A stretch of 63,939 bases of DNA, counting the filler, from Octopus bimaculoides (Eukaryota): NCBI RefSeq assembly GCF_001194135.2. It is 7 parts of 7 records of this genome, joined end to end, with 100 filler letters (N's around TTAATTAATTAA, not from the genome) between each part and the next. Parts side by side here need not be neighbours in the genome. Positions count along the whole stretch, not along the records: positions 1 to 24,621 come from NC_068997.1; positions 24,722 to 34,173 come from NC_068989.1; positions 34,274 to 38,549 come from NW_026431653.1; 4 more parts are not named here. One strand, 5' to 3'. How positions within the stretch are numbered: the first letter of the stretch is position 1; each line of letters starts with the position of its first letter. The notes under the pieces were generated by a model. The model was not told the origin of the DNA. It made no database searches and saw nothing but the letters and a program-made list of their open reading frames with translations. Both the position numbers and the translations under genes were made by a program. This document shows positions 24,104-37,634 of the stretch, piece after piece.

Positions 24104-24576
24104 ATAAATAGAAAAGTATTATTTGTAAGTCTCTCAATGAGAGGCATTCAGTAACAGTACTCTAAAGTAAAGATTATTTGCCAACATAATGTGGCAGTCC
24201 TGGTTAGGACGAATGTTACTGTTATTTAGCCCCAGGAAACATTGTCTCCAACTGGTTATATGACACACTATCTGTGTCCTTATATTTTCGAACAAGGGAG
24301 TTTAGCATCCCCACTCAGCACAATAATCCAGAAATCGCAATGCACAGATATTGCTTTGTGCTGAGTGGGGATGCTAAATGCCCTTGTTTGAAAATATAAG
24401 GACACAGATAGTGTGTCATATAACCAGCTGGAGATGATGCTTCCTGGGGCTAAGTAACAGTAACATATGTCCTAACCAGGACTGGCACATTATATTGGCA
24501 AATAATCCTTACTTTAGAGTACTATTACTGAATGCCTCTCATTGAGAGATTTACAAATAGTAATTTTCTATTTTAT
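24104..24576. mobile_element. Foldback element: ~220-bp inverted arms with a 32-bp loop
   Basis: 24104-24323 is about the reverse complement of 24356-24576, with scattered mismatches. Confidence 0.85.
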
Positions 24577-24584
24577 ACATATAT

Positions 24585-24621
<37 letters not shown>

Positions 24622-24665
24622 NNNNNNNNNNNNNNNNNNNNNNNNNNNNNNNNNNNNNNNNNNNN

Positions 24666-24677
24666 TTAATTAATTAA
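24666..24677. other. Assembly spacer TTAATTAATTAA inside a 100-bp N gap (also 34218, 38594, 54468, 59323, 62675)
   Basis: Identical 12-mer flanked by about 44 Ns on each side at six places. Confidence 0.9.
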
Positions 24678-25139
24678 NNNNNNNNNNNNNNNNNNNNNNN
24701 NNNNNNNNNNNNNNNNNNNNNGTGTGTGTGTGTGTGTGTGTGTGCATATATATATATAGAGAGAGAGAGAGAAAGTGAGAATCGAAATGGGATATAGGAT
24801 CATTCTGAGCATACAAATCTCTGGAACTGAGTAAAAGGAAACTGCATAGAAGCTCATCGGGAGAATTATACTTGTAATTCATATGAGACGGCTTTGTCAT
24901 GCTGACTCTGCCTGAAATTTTATGTTAAGTGTACACGTGTCTAAGGAATACTCACACCTTCATTCAAGAGTGGGTAATTTTGTTGTTCGAACAATCGAAA
25001 TCTCATCGTCAAACGACGGAGACCCAACAGCATTACCATTCTAAGTTTCTTGCGTACATGTCTTTATCCGTGTAATGCCTCCTTGTCGTGGGGACACGGA
25101 CGCACGCTATTCTCAATGAATATATAAACATATATATAC

Positions 25140-25162
25140 AAATGTATATAAAGATGTGTGTG

Positions 25163-25194
<32 letters not shown>

Positions 25195-25209
25195 TGTATG
25201 TATGTATGT

Positions 25210-25280
<71 letters not shown>

Positions 25281-25361
25281 TACATACATAAATATATACA
25301 TGCATACATATGCGTATATATATGCATGTCTGCATATATACACACACACACACACACACGT

Positions 25362-25424
<63 letters not shown>

Positions 25425-25425
25425 T
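25140..25425. repeat. Compound (ATGT)n/(AGAT)n/(CA)n microsatellite
   Basis: Direct inspection. Confidence 0.95.
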
Positions 25426-25684
25426 ACGTACATATATACATATAAAAACACATACATTCGTGCATACATATTTACATATACTTCGTAATAATTCTTGTTA
25501 TATATNNNNNNNNNNNNNNNNNNNNNNNNNNNNNNNNNNNNNNNNNNNNNNNNNNNNNNNNNNNNNNNNNNNNNNNNNNNNNNNNNNNNNNNNNNNNNNN
25601 NNNNNNNNNNNNNNNNNNNNNNNNNNNNNNNNNNNNNNNNNNNNNNNNNNNNNNNNNNNNNNNNNNNNNNNNNNNNNNNNNNNT

Positions 25685-25980
25685 AGAAAGTTACCCTCCT
25701 AGGCACAAGTCCAGGCAAGATTGTTTAAGGAAGACCAGCAGTCGCCCATGCATACCGGCCTCCCCTCTCCACGCCACCAGTGTTATTCAAGGGAAAAGCA
25801 AAGGCCGATACAGCTTGGCACCAGTGACGTCGAAATTCATTTCTACAGCTGAGTGAACTGGAGCAACGTGAAATAAAGTGCCTTGCTCAAGAACACAACA
25901 CGCAGCCCGGTCAGCGATTCGAACTCACAACCTGACGATCGTAAGCTCGACGCTCTAACCACTGAGCCATGCACCTTCAC
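25685..25980 (-). mobile_element. tRNA-derived SINE (family F)
   Basis: Head GGCTCAGTGGTTAGAGCG..GAGTTCGAATC; TTCTTGAGCAAGGCACTT central motif. Confidence 0.75.
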
Positions 25981-26466
25981 TATATATATATATATATATT
26001 GTGTGTGTGTGTGGGGNNNNNNNNNNGGGGGGGGGGGGTGCGTGTAACGGCTGATCCATCGCGGAATGGATGGTTGGATGAAATAAGAGTTTGCACGAAA
26101 CATTTGAAGGATTTATAAAATGTACGTTTCCGTTCTACATACCTTTGACAGTTTAGAATATTATAAATAATTTTGTACAATGAACTGTTGGTTGCGTATT
26201 AATATTCCTTGGTTTCGAAGGAAATTAATGAGTTAAAGTCTGCTGGTAAATCATTTAGTGACCAGCAGATGTAGTCTTGTCACTTCATAACACAACGAAA
26301 TTGCAGGAATCACTCAGACTGTTGATATGCTAATCTCTCATAAAATTTACTGTAAACATTCACTTATCTTTTACTCTGTTCCCACATTTATCTGATTGAG
26401 ACACTATCACGTTGCGTTTGTTACGTTTTCAGATTAAATTTATGTATGTATGTTTTATGTGTGCGA

Positions 26467-26527
<61 letters not shown>

Positions 26528-26909
26528 TACATATATATATATATGTGTGTGTATAGCATGTGTGTGTGAGAGCAGGTGTGTTTGTGTCTGTGTTAGAGTG
26601 TGTGTATTGTGTGTGTGTGTGTATATGTATATATGTACGTGTATATATAGACACAGACAGACAGACAGACAGGGGGAGAGAAAGAGAGTGAAAGGGAGAA
26701 ATATGCATATATGCATACATATATACAAACACATACACATATATATATACACACATACAAAGTCGTAAGAACTCGCCCACGTGACACATCAATTGTTAAT
26801 AAACGCAGAAGCAGGTGATTCAGCCTCTTTCAAGAATAAAGCAGTGATAAATTATAAGTTAACAACATAAAAGTAGATTGCCTTAACATCGATTAATATC
26901 TTTGAACAG

Positions 26910-27059
26910 TGGAATTTGTTCATAGGCGGGACAGGCATGGTGGGACTCGGTCGTATCATTTCACTAACTCTACAACTGAAAGAACCTCCCGCTTGAGAAA
27001 TAGTAGTTTTCGTGGAACAAACAAAAAGAGGCAGGAGTGGTTTTTGAGATCAGAGAGTG
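26910..27059 (+). CDS. Candidate internal exon of an unidentified gene (150 nt, phase 1-1)
   Basis: TTTGAACAG acceptor, perfect GTAAGT donor, single open frame (EFVHRRDRHGG..WFLRSES); no homology recognised. Confidence 0.3.
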
Positions 27060-27199
27060 GTAAGTCCGATTCTGCCAGCTTAATCTGGAGATATCGAGTA
27101 TCGTGGTAAATCAGAAAGAAAAAGAGTGGGAGAGTGGGAGAGAGAGAGAGAAAGAGAGAGAAGGAGAGAGAGGAAAAGAGAGGGAGAGAGAGGGTGCAC

Positions 27200-27252
<53 letters not shown>

Positions 27253-27894
27253 NNNNNNNNNNNNNNNNNNNNNNNNNNNNNNNNNNNNNNNNNNNNNNNN
27301 NNNNNNNNNNNNNNNNNNNNNNNNNNNNNNNNNNNNNNNNNNNNNNNNNNNNNNNNNNNNNNNNNNNNNNNNNNNNNNNNNNNNNNNNNNNNNNNNNNNN
27401 NNNNNNNNNNNNNNNNNNNNNNNNNNNNNNNNNNNNNNNNNNNNNNNNNNNNNNNNNNNNNNNNNNNNNNNNNNNNNNNNNNNNNNNNNNNNNNNNNNNN
27501 NNNNNNNNNNNNNNNNNNNNNNNNNNNNNNNNNNNNNNNNNNNNNNNNNNNNNNNNNNNNNNNNNNNNNNNNNNNNNNNNNNNNNNNNNNNNNNNNNNNN
27601 NNNNNNNNNNNNNNNNNNNNNNNNNNNNNNNNNNNNNNNNNNNNNNNNNNNNNNNNNNNNNNNNNNNNNNNNNNNNNNNNNNNNNNNNNNNNNNNNNNNN
27701 NNNNNNNNNNNNNNNNNNNNNNNNNNNNNNNNNNNNNNNNNNNNNNNNNNNNNNNNNNNNNNNNNNNNNNNNNNNNNNNNNNNNNNNNNNNNNNNNNNNN
27801 NNNNNNNNNNNNNNNNNNNNNNNNNNNNNNNNNNNNNNNNNNNNNNNNNNNNNNNNNNNNNNNNNNNNNNNNNNNNNNNNNNNNNNNNNNNNTG

Positions 27895-28128
27895 TGTGTG
27901 TGTGTGTGTGTGTGTTTGTGTGTCTGTGTTTGTCCCCCCAACATAGCTTGACAACCGATGCTGGTGTGTTTACGTGCGCGTAACTTAGCGGTTCGGCAAA
28001 AAGAGACGGATAGAATAAGTACTAGGCTTACAAAGAATAAGTCTTGGGGTCGATTTGCTCGACTAAAGGCGGTGCTCCAGCATGGCCACAGTCAAATGAC
28101 TGAAACAAGTAAAAGAGTAAAAGAGTAA
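27895..28128 (+). mobile_element. SINE family B, 3' half
   Basis: TGTTTGTCCCCCCAACAT..GGTTCGGCAAAAAGAGAC..AAACAAGTAAAAGAGTAAAAGAGTA. Confidence 0.85.
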
Positions 28129-28662
28129 CGTAAAGACAACTTTGCAAATATTTCTATTCTACAGCGACCTATAGTTAATACACGACTAGTAAGCGTCGGT
28201 AAAATGTCATAAGTCCACTGACGAATGTTAATCATGGAGAAACGTGCGGTAATGTATCACAGGCTCACCCAGACAAAAATTTTAGTTATTACCTAATATT
28301 TTTTCCTAATCATTGTATTTAACTGCACTGTGGTTATTTCTCACCTTGGCAACACAGGAAATAATCAAACCTATATTTACTACAGCAGTGACAGCCGAGC
28401 TGGTAACTGGAGGAAATTATACTCTTCAACAAAAACTACATTCAGAATTTATATATGTGTTGTGCAAATTTATGAATGTATGTGTGTGTGTTGAAGTAAC
28501 TATGTGTGTGAGTGTGAGTGTGTATCTATATATATGTGTGTGCGTGTGTGTGTTTGTGTGTACGTGTATGTGTGTGTGCGTGCGTGTATGTATGAATGTA
28601 TATGTATTCTTATATCTAATTACATGTGTATGTGTTTATATATATATTTCTGTGTGTATGTA

Positions 28663-28715
<53 letters not shown>

Positions 28716-30166
28716 NNNNNNNNNNNNNNNNNNNNNNNNNNNNNNNNNNNNNNNNNNNNNNNNNNNNNNNNNNNNNNNNNNNNNNNNNNNNNNNNNNNNN
28801 NNNNNNNNNNNNNNNNNNNNNNNNNNNNNNNNNNNNNNNNNNNNNNNNNNNNNNNNNNNNNNNNNNNNNNNNNNNNNNNNNNNNNNNNNNNNNNNNNNNN
28901 NNNNNNNNNNNNNNNNNNNNNNNNNNNNNNNNNNNNNNNNNNNNNNNNNNNNNNNNNNNNNNNNNNNNNNNNNNNNNNNNNNNNNNNNNNNNNNNNNNNN
29001 NNNNNNNNNNNNNNNNNNNNNNNNNNNNNNNNNNNNNNNNNNNNNNNNNNNNNNNNNNNNNNNNNNNNNNNNNNNNNNNNNNNNNNNNNNNNNNNNNNNN
29101 NNNNNNNNNNNNNNNNNNNNNNNNNNNNNNNNNNNNNNNNNGCATATATCTCTAGGATATGAACGTATGTGATATGAAAGAGAATTTAAGTACACAATTT
29201 ATATGCGACATAGTATTGTGTGTAAAACAAATTTTTATGGGGAAACCACGTTCATTTCGATATACTAGTATCGCCTGCGAGAAAAAAATACATGCAATGC
29301 CTTTTTTTGATGTTTTACATGTTTATATAAGATTCATTAGGAAAATATACACTTTTATTTTAATTCTTTCTTTGAATAAATACTTTTCTCCATGTATACG
29401 AGTGTTTACACATGCACATGTGTGTGTTTGTGTATAAAGATATGTTTCTGTGTCTGTACGTGTTGGAAACATGTGTGTGTGCGTGTGTGTGGGGAGGGGG
29501 GGTTGTGTGTGTGTACATATATGCTTTTTCAAAATAATAACAGGCAGACATTACAGCCGAGTGATTCAAAGACCAAGAGTTTCATGCGTTTACACTAATC
29601 AAACTAGTTTCAAGTTAATGGGTCGTAAATTTGTTTACCGGTGATATTGGTATTGCCCCGGATTGTTCTGGAATAAATTATCAAATCAATTACAATGTCA
29701 CGTAGACAATACATATCTTTCACTTATTTTGCTCGTTGCGCCGTTCAATAAAGAAATATACGTACAAGGAAAATTTTAAAACATACACGCATACTTACGT
29801 ACGCATAAATGTTAGTGCCGGTGAACATAATTACAGTATTACAAGAACATATGCACATACGCATACACATACACATATTCATGCATGCATGTTCATGGAC
29901 TCACACATAATTACGCACATAGGCACACGAATAAATATACAACAGCTGGAAACAAGAGTATACGTACATAGATACATAACTATACGTAAATATATGCATA
30001 CACACATACACATATATATATACACATACATGCGCACACACATACACATATACATACGCATATACATATACACACACGTATATATACACACACATATATA
30101 TATATAGGTATATATATATATATATATGCATGTACATACGCAAACGTGGATAGAAAGGTATATATA

Positions 30167-30237
30167 TTGTCCCTTTCTTGTATCACCTAACTGTCTGGAT
30201 GTTTTGCGCTCTTGTCCCATTTTGTATTATTTATGTA

Positions 30238-30271
<34 letters not shown>

Positions 30272-31035
30272 GCGGCGTACGTACACTTTGATCTCTTATA
30301 TGTAAGTATATATTTTCTTAAATCTTGTACGATTCAATTTCTGTCTATCAGCCCTTTCACTCTTATTCGTTCATTCCACCCTTCGTTCTTTTGTCCCCCC
30401 CCCCTCTCTCACGTTTCCTTGCCTTCTCTTTTTGCTCACTTTTCTTCCACTTTTCACTCTTCACTGTGTCCCTGTCATTTTTTCTCGCCCCTCCTTAATT
30501 CTTTTGTCCCTCTGCCTCTACCTCTCTCTCTTCTCTTCCCACATGACCGCTGTTCGGCCAAGTCTGATCTTTCTTTCTTGGCCGGCCGTTGTGCGTGCAA
30601 CATCGATATTCCTCCCTGTGCCTGTGAAGTCATGTATCCCTGCCATAAGGCTTTATTTCCACACACTCCAGCTTAATTTAATTCGTCCTTAGTCGAAAGA
30701 CACCTGTTGTTATGTCCTGTCATTATTTTTATTGCATTTGTGTAACATTGTTCGTTTTTTTTCGTCCTTATTTTCGTATAGATTCGCTGCTTTCTTCCTA
30801 GGAATCTAATGCTCTTAGCTTAGTTTTTCCTTGGGGCTGGCCAGATTGGAGCAATCTCGAGTATAACCTGCTGAAATTGCAAAGATAATCTGGAACTCGA
30901 CTGATGAAAGAAAACTCCGAATGACCTGTCTTTGTTTTTCTTTGTATCGTTTATCTGGATGTTTTGTTGTCCCTTTCTTTATCACCTAACTGTCTGGACG
31001 TTTTGCGTTCTTGTTCCATTTTGTATTATTTATGT
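30167..31035. repeat. 800-bp unit bounded by 69-bp direct repeats
   Basis: 30167-30235 and 30967-31035 are near-identical. Confidence 0.7.
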
Positions 31036-32533
31036 GTGTATATATATATATATNNNNNNNNNNNNNNNNNNNNNNNNNNNNNNNNNNNNNNNNNNNNNNN
31101 NNNNNNNNNNNNNNNNNNNNNNNNNNNNNNNNNNNNNNNNNNNNNNNNNNNNNNNNNNNNNNNNNNNNNNNNNNNNNNNNNNNNNNNNNNNNNNNNNNNN
31201 NNNNNNNNNNNNNNNNNNNNNNNNNNNNNNNNNNNNNNNNNNNNNNNNNNNNNNNNNNNNNNNNNNNNNNNNNNNNNNNNNNNNNNNNNNNNNNNNNNNN
31301 NNNNNNNNNNNNNNNNNNNNNNNNNNNNNNNNNNNNNNNNNNNNNNNNNNNNNNNNNNNNNNNNNNNNNNNNNNNNNNNNNNNNNNNNNNNNNNNNNNNN
31401 NNNNNNNNNNNNNNNNNNNNNNNNNNNNNNNNNNNNNNNNNNNNNNNNNNNNNNNNNNNNNNNNNNNNNNNNNNNNNNNNNNNNNNNNNNNNNNNNNNNN
31501 NNNNNNNNNNNNNNNNNNNNNNNNNNNNNNNNNNNNNNNNNNNNNNNNNNNNNNNNNNNNNNNNNNNNNNNNNNNNNNNNNNNNNNNNNNNNNNNNNNNN
31601 NNNNNNNNNNNNNNNNNNNNNNNNNNNNNNNNNNNNNNNNNNNNNNNNNNNNNNNNNNNNNNNNNNNNNNNNNNNNNNNNNNNNNNNNNNNNNNNNNNNN
31701 NNNNNNNNNNNNNNNNNNNNNNNNNNNNNNNNNNNNNNNNNNNNNNNNNNNNNNNNNNNNNNNNNNNNNNNNATATATATATATATATATATATACATAT
31801 TCTCTTTTACTCTTTTACTTGTTTCAGTCAGCAAATCGACCCCAGGACTTATTTTATCAATCAGTCGTTTTCTTTTACTAGTTTTTTTAACTCGTATGTT
31901 AAACATTTTGGTCAAACCAAAGTTAGGTATTGTTCATGTTGTCATTTCTATATATATATATATATTTTCTTTTGTCAAATAATTATTTTATGGCATTACT
32001 GCAATCTCTTCAATGACACGTCTCTCTAGTTCCATTTCTTTTTAACATGTTCCAGCGTTGGGATTTGTCCGAGATGAGTACGTGAGTGTGTGTATGTCAG
32101 TATGTGTGTGTGCGTCCATATGTCATTTTTCATATACACAAGAACGGCTTTGGTCTTCTCTGTTTTCTCTGCAAACGCACATGTTCATCAATATAACGTT
32201 TCTATCAGTCAAACTGTCTTCTTTGTTTGATAAGTGCTGAATAATCAATATCGATCTGTGCGTGAGTATGCGCATGCGTATGCGTGCGCGTGTGTCTGTT
32301 TGCGTATGGAAGGGCATGTGTGTATGAGCTTATGTGTCTGTGTTTGCTTGTCCGTGTATGTATGTGTGTGTGTTCGTATGTGTATGAGTTCTTGTGTGTT
32401 TGTGTGTACGTGTGTAGGTCCGTATGCATGTTTCCGTGTGCGTACGTATGCATATGTGTGTGTGTGTGTCCGTGTGTGCGTGAGGGCATGTCTGTGTCCT
32501 TGTTTGTCTTTGCATGTGTGTAAGTGTGTCCAT

Positions 32534-32582
<49 letters not shown>

Positions 32583-32599
32583 TGCGTGCGTCCATGGAT

Positions 32600-32743
32600 C
32601 TTTGTAAGGCTTTTTGCCTATTGAGAGTATTATTCAAAACCGGTCGTGTTTCGTTTATGAAGACTGACTCTTGTATCTGTCGTAGTGATGCGCTGTCCGG
32701 GTGTCTATCACAGAGAACAGGGATGGACTGCCGAGTACTACCA
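32600..32743 (-). mobile_element. Probable Penelope GIY-YIG C-terminal fragment
   Basis: RHPDSASLRQIQESVFINETRPVLN aligns by eye with HRTDAMLRQITEATHIIEDKPSLN in ORF 7650-8267. Confidence 0.5.
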
Positions 32744-34086
32744 NNNNNNNNNNNNNNNNNNNNNNNNNNNNNNNNNNNNNNNNNNNNNNNNNNNNNNNNN
32801 NNNNNNNNNNNNNNNNNNNNNNNNNNNNNNNNNNNNNNNNNNNNNNNNNNNNNNNNNNNNNNNNNNNNNNNNNNNNNNNNNNNNNNNNNNNNNNNNNNNN
32901 NNNNNNNNNNNNNNNNNNNNNNNNNNNNNNNNNNNNNNNNNNNNNNNNNNNNNNNNNNNNNNNNNNNNNNNNNNNNNNNNNNNNNNNNNNNNNNNNNNNN
33001 NNNNNNNNNNNNNNNNNNNNNNNNNNNNNNNNNNNNNNNNNNNNNNNNNNNNNNNNNNNNNNNNNNNNNNNNNNNNNNNNNNNNNNNNNNNNNNNNNNNN
33101 NNNNNNNNNNNNNNNNNNNNNNNNNNNNNNNNNNNNNNNNNNNNNNNNNNNNNNNNNNNNNNNNNNNNNNNNNNNNNNNNNNNNNNNNNNNNNNNNNNNN
33201 NNNNNNNNNNNNNNNNNNNNNNNNNNNNNNNNNNNNNNNNNNNNNNNNNNNNNNNNNNNNNNNNNNNNNNNNNNNNNNNNNNNNNNNNNNNNNNNNNNNN
33301 NNNNNNNNNNNNNNNNNNNNNNNNNNNNNNNNNNNNNNNNNNNNNNNNNNNNNNNNNNNNNNNNNNNNNNNNNNNNNNNNNNNNNNNNNNNNNNNNNNNN
33401 NNNNNNNNNNNNNNNNNNNNNNNNNNNNNNNNNNNNNNNNNNNNNNNNNNNNNNNNNNNNNNNNNNNNNNNNNGAAAGTAATTCAACAACGCGGGTTGAT
33501 GAATCGTAAGACGTGTGGCCAGAACCTCCTGGAAAATAACCATAGCGAGGGACATTCCACAGTTGAATTAGAACAGTCACAAACAGTGAAAGAAGACATG
33601 CACCCAACACCAGAGCTGAAGACACCTCCGAAAGGGGGTGGGCCCGCCACGTCAACACGGTAGAGGAGTAGGGGCCGAAACCGGACGTGGTTCCTCCTGA
33701 TGATGTCTTGAGCTAACTGGATCCTATAAAGGAGCTGTTGTGGTAGCAGACCACGAAACATGGTTGAAATTCCATAGCTGACTTAGAATAATAAAAAACA
33801 TATCGCTCTTGTGCAAACCCTAGGAGAAACAGAAATACACACAAAACTTCATGCATCGCATTTTGACCAAAGTGTTTAACATGCGAGTTAGAAAAACTAG
33901 TAATAAAAAACGGCTGATCGATAAATTTGTTAGTGGAGTAACTAACCCATTAACTAACAATAAAGGACCGAACCAGTGCGTGTGTTTATTATTACCTCCC
34001 AAGGTTCAATAGTATTTCTTTCAACACACGAATTCACTTCAAGAACCTTGCAAACCAAATACAAATACGAATTATAAGCTCCGGAT

Positions 34087-34148
<62 letters not shown>

Positions 34149-34439
34149 GGATGGATAGATAGATAGATAGATANNNNNNNNNNNNNNNNNNNNNNNNNNN
34201 NNNNNNNNNNNNNNNNNTTAATTAATTAANNNNNNNNNNNNNNNNNNNNNNNNNNNNNNNNNNNNNNNNNNNNGTGTTTATTTGGGAAGTCTGGTATGTG
34301 GCATTATTCTGTAGTAATGCCCTTTATATATATATATACACAATACACACACATAGAAATATATTTTAATTTTTAAATGTTTCAGCTGCAAAGTTGCAGC
34401 CATGCTGGAGCACCACCGTTGACTGAGCTACACCATTAT

Positions 34440-35405
34440 TTGGAACCTCCTCTTGTATTTGGTCAATGAGGGTGTTTGATGCTACTGTCCTCATGTGTTT
34501 CCTGCTGTGACGTTGGCTTGTCTGGAACCCATAACAGGAAGAGATCTAGTTTTGTTTTAAAGACACATGCACACCATGCAGGTCTCTCTGGCATTTTGTG
34601 AGGATATTAAAGAGTTGTGGGCCCTTGAAGCCCAGCCTGTTGTAGTATTGTGTCCTGTATTTTGATCACGATGCTGGGATCTTTGGCACTAAGCAGTGGC
34701 ACCCTGTTCTGCAGTTTGAGTAACTTTCAATGCCAAAGTTTGGTACAAGGCCTTCTAGGATCTTCCAGATGTATATCACTGCATATCTCTCCCGCCTTCT
34801 TTCCAGGGAGAAAAGCTTTAATTCTTTAAGTCTTTCCCAGTAGCTGACATGTTGTATCAAGATGATTTTCTTAGTGTAGCTTCTTCGGATTTCTTCAAGT
34901 TCCGCCGTGGATTTTTTTATTGTGTGGTGACCATAGTTGTGAGCAATAGTGTAAGCGGCTGAGAATGTATGTCCTCCAAAGGATTATCAATGTCTCCTTT
35001 TCTCTTGTTTTGAAAGTTCGGAAGATCCAGCCAGCCAGCCAGTCAGCCGTCTGCATTTAATTACCAATTTGGTAATATGCACTTGGAAAGATGCATCATT
35101 GCTCATGTCAATGCCTAGGTAACGCACTGATTTTGATTCAGGGATTTCAATTCCTCCTGGGCCAGTGTATCCTGTCTGCATGTCATTTAGCTTTGTGTAC
35201 TGGTAGCGTAGGGCCTGAAACTTCCCTGCATTAAACTGTATGTTGTTGTCCTCAGCCCACCTGTATATTGCGTCCAACTCCCGTTGCAGGTGTGCAATAT
35301 TTCCAAGATTTTGTATTGTCTGAGAGACTTTTGTGTCATCTGCATAGCTAGCAAGGGTCGCTATCTGAGCAGCCAAGGGCATATCTGAGAGGGCCACTAT
35401 GAACT
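34440..35405 (-). mobile_element. CR1/L2-group LINE, RT (YADD) to C-terminus, decayed
   Basis: LASYADDTKV..WAEDNNIQFNAGKF..RYLG; SYWERLKELKLFSLERRRER. Confidence 0.85.
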
Positions 35406-37452
35406 TGGGGAAAGGACTTTCGGAAAAATCACCAGATCCGATTTTTCCATAACTTTCGGGAAAACGGATATATATTGATTTTTTTTCACGGAATCCCAGG
35501 TATTTGGTTATGGAGGATCCGATTCTGAAAAACAATCTTCAAAAATTGCATTTTCAAAATTTCGTTTTAGTGACCTGGCGCTGCCGTGATTCTTTAACTG
35601 TTTCACTATAACGCATGCAGAAACAGACAATACAACCGTTCATTTTCACTTTTAGACAGTGGGATGGTGGGGAGGNNNNNNNNNNNNNNNNNNNNNNNNN
35701 NNNNNNNNNNNNNNNNNNNNNNNNNNNNNNNNNNNNNNNNNNNNNNNNNNNNNNNNNNNNNNNNNNNNNNNNNNNNNNNNNNNNNNNNNNNNNNNNNNNN
35801 NNNNNNNNNNNNNNNNNNNNNNNNNNNNNNNNNNNNNNNNNNNNNNNNNNNNNNNNNNNNNNNNNNNNNNNNNNNNNNNNNNNNNNNNNNNNNNNNNNNN
35901 NNNNNNNNNNNNNNNNNNNNNNNNNNNNNNNNNNNNNNNNNNNNNNNNNNNNNNNNNNNNNNNNNNNNNNNNNNNNNNNNNNNNNNNNNNNNNNNNNNNN
36001 NNNNNNNNNNNNNNNNNNNNNNNNNNNNNNNNNNNNNNNNNNNNNNNNNNNNNNNNNNNNNNNNNNNNNNNNNNNNNNNNNNNNNNNNNNNNNNNNNNNN
36101 NNNNNNNNNNNNNNNNNNNNNNNNNNNNNNNNNNNNNNNNNNNNNNNNNNNNNNNNNNNNNNNNNNNNNNNNNNNNNNNNNNNNNNNNNNNCCCCCCCCT
36201 CCCCAGGTTCGTTTGCGCAATTCTTTTTGTCATATTCGTTTTTTACACAGTTGTTTGGGTTTTTTTCTTTTTTGTTAACAGGCAAAGATCTTTATATCAA
36301 CCTAAATTTGTTGGTATGACTGTTTGCTAGAGGCCTTAGAACATATCCACGTGATCCCTGCTACTTCTAGTACACTAAACAACCATGTAGAGGACGAGCT
36401 ACCTTTGATTTTGTTTAAAAGAGAGAAATGGTTTTTCAGAATAAATTCGGCTATAATTATAACCTACACCATCTAAAATGTATTTGTAGTTGTTCAGAAG
36501 ATTATGGGGAAACAAATCGAGGGGACAGACTTCGGTAGTTATGCGCATATCAAATAGATATACACACACAAATGTCTTTTATCTTTTATCTATTATTAGA
36601 CTACAACCATACTGAGATACCGCCTTGAGGAACTTTTAGTCAAATGAATGGATCTCAGTACTTATTTTCTTTTTTTATATACACAAATATATACACATAT
36701 ATATGCCAGAAGACCCTGTGCGCCTACATGTGCAACTTAAGAGTAGCAAGAGAGTGACTCGACGAAAATAAAATATTTATCCCTACCATGGTATTGAGTA
36801 CTTAATAAACATATATATGTATATAACATTTAAAAATATTACTGGTATTCATGAAGAACCAACAGTTGCAACTTGTTAGCTTGAAAATATAAACGATACA
36901 GTCATTACCAATTATTAAATGAGATTTTATCGCTTTGGTGAACTTTGATTATAAAATAAAATGTGTTGCAGTGTGTCTATTACAATATAGACACGATGAT
37001 TAAATGAGATATAAGTTTGGAATTACTTAATTAGTAGTAGAAAACAGTGATAGAAAATGGTCATAGAAGCCAACTCAAAATAAGTAATTCTTAAGAAACA
37101 CAAGGTCCGTTTAGGTCATGGATACACAGTAAATGAAAACAATCAATCCACCACGAGGAGATCAAAGTTCATTCTAAGTTGACCAGCATTATATACATAT
37201 ATATAAGTACAAGAGTATATATAATATTAACATAGCCCGATTGAGGAATGATACATACAAAATTTCATTAAAAATACACACTTCTCTGGTTATGTGCATA
37301 CATGCATATACGTGTGTGCGTATACAAATGTGTTTAGACATACATTTATAAATACGCATGTGTATATATAATTTATATATACGTATAAATACACACATAT
37401 GCATACGTATGTGTATACAGGGATAAGTATAACGTACGTGTATACATAAGTT

Positions 37453-37487
<35 letters not shown>

Positions 37488-37537
37488 ACACATGTATATA
37501 TATATATATATACACATATCTACACACCTATACACAC

Positions 37538-37634
<97 letters not shown>

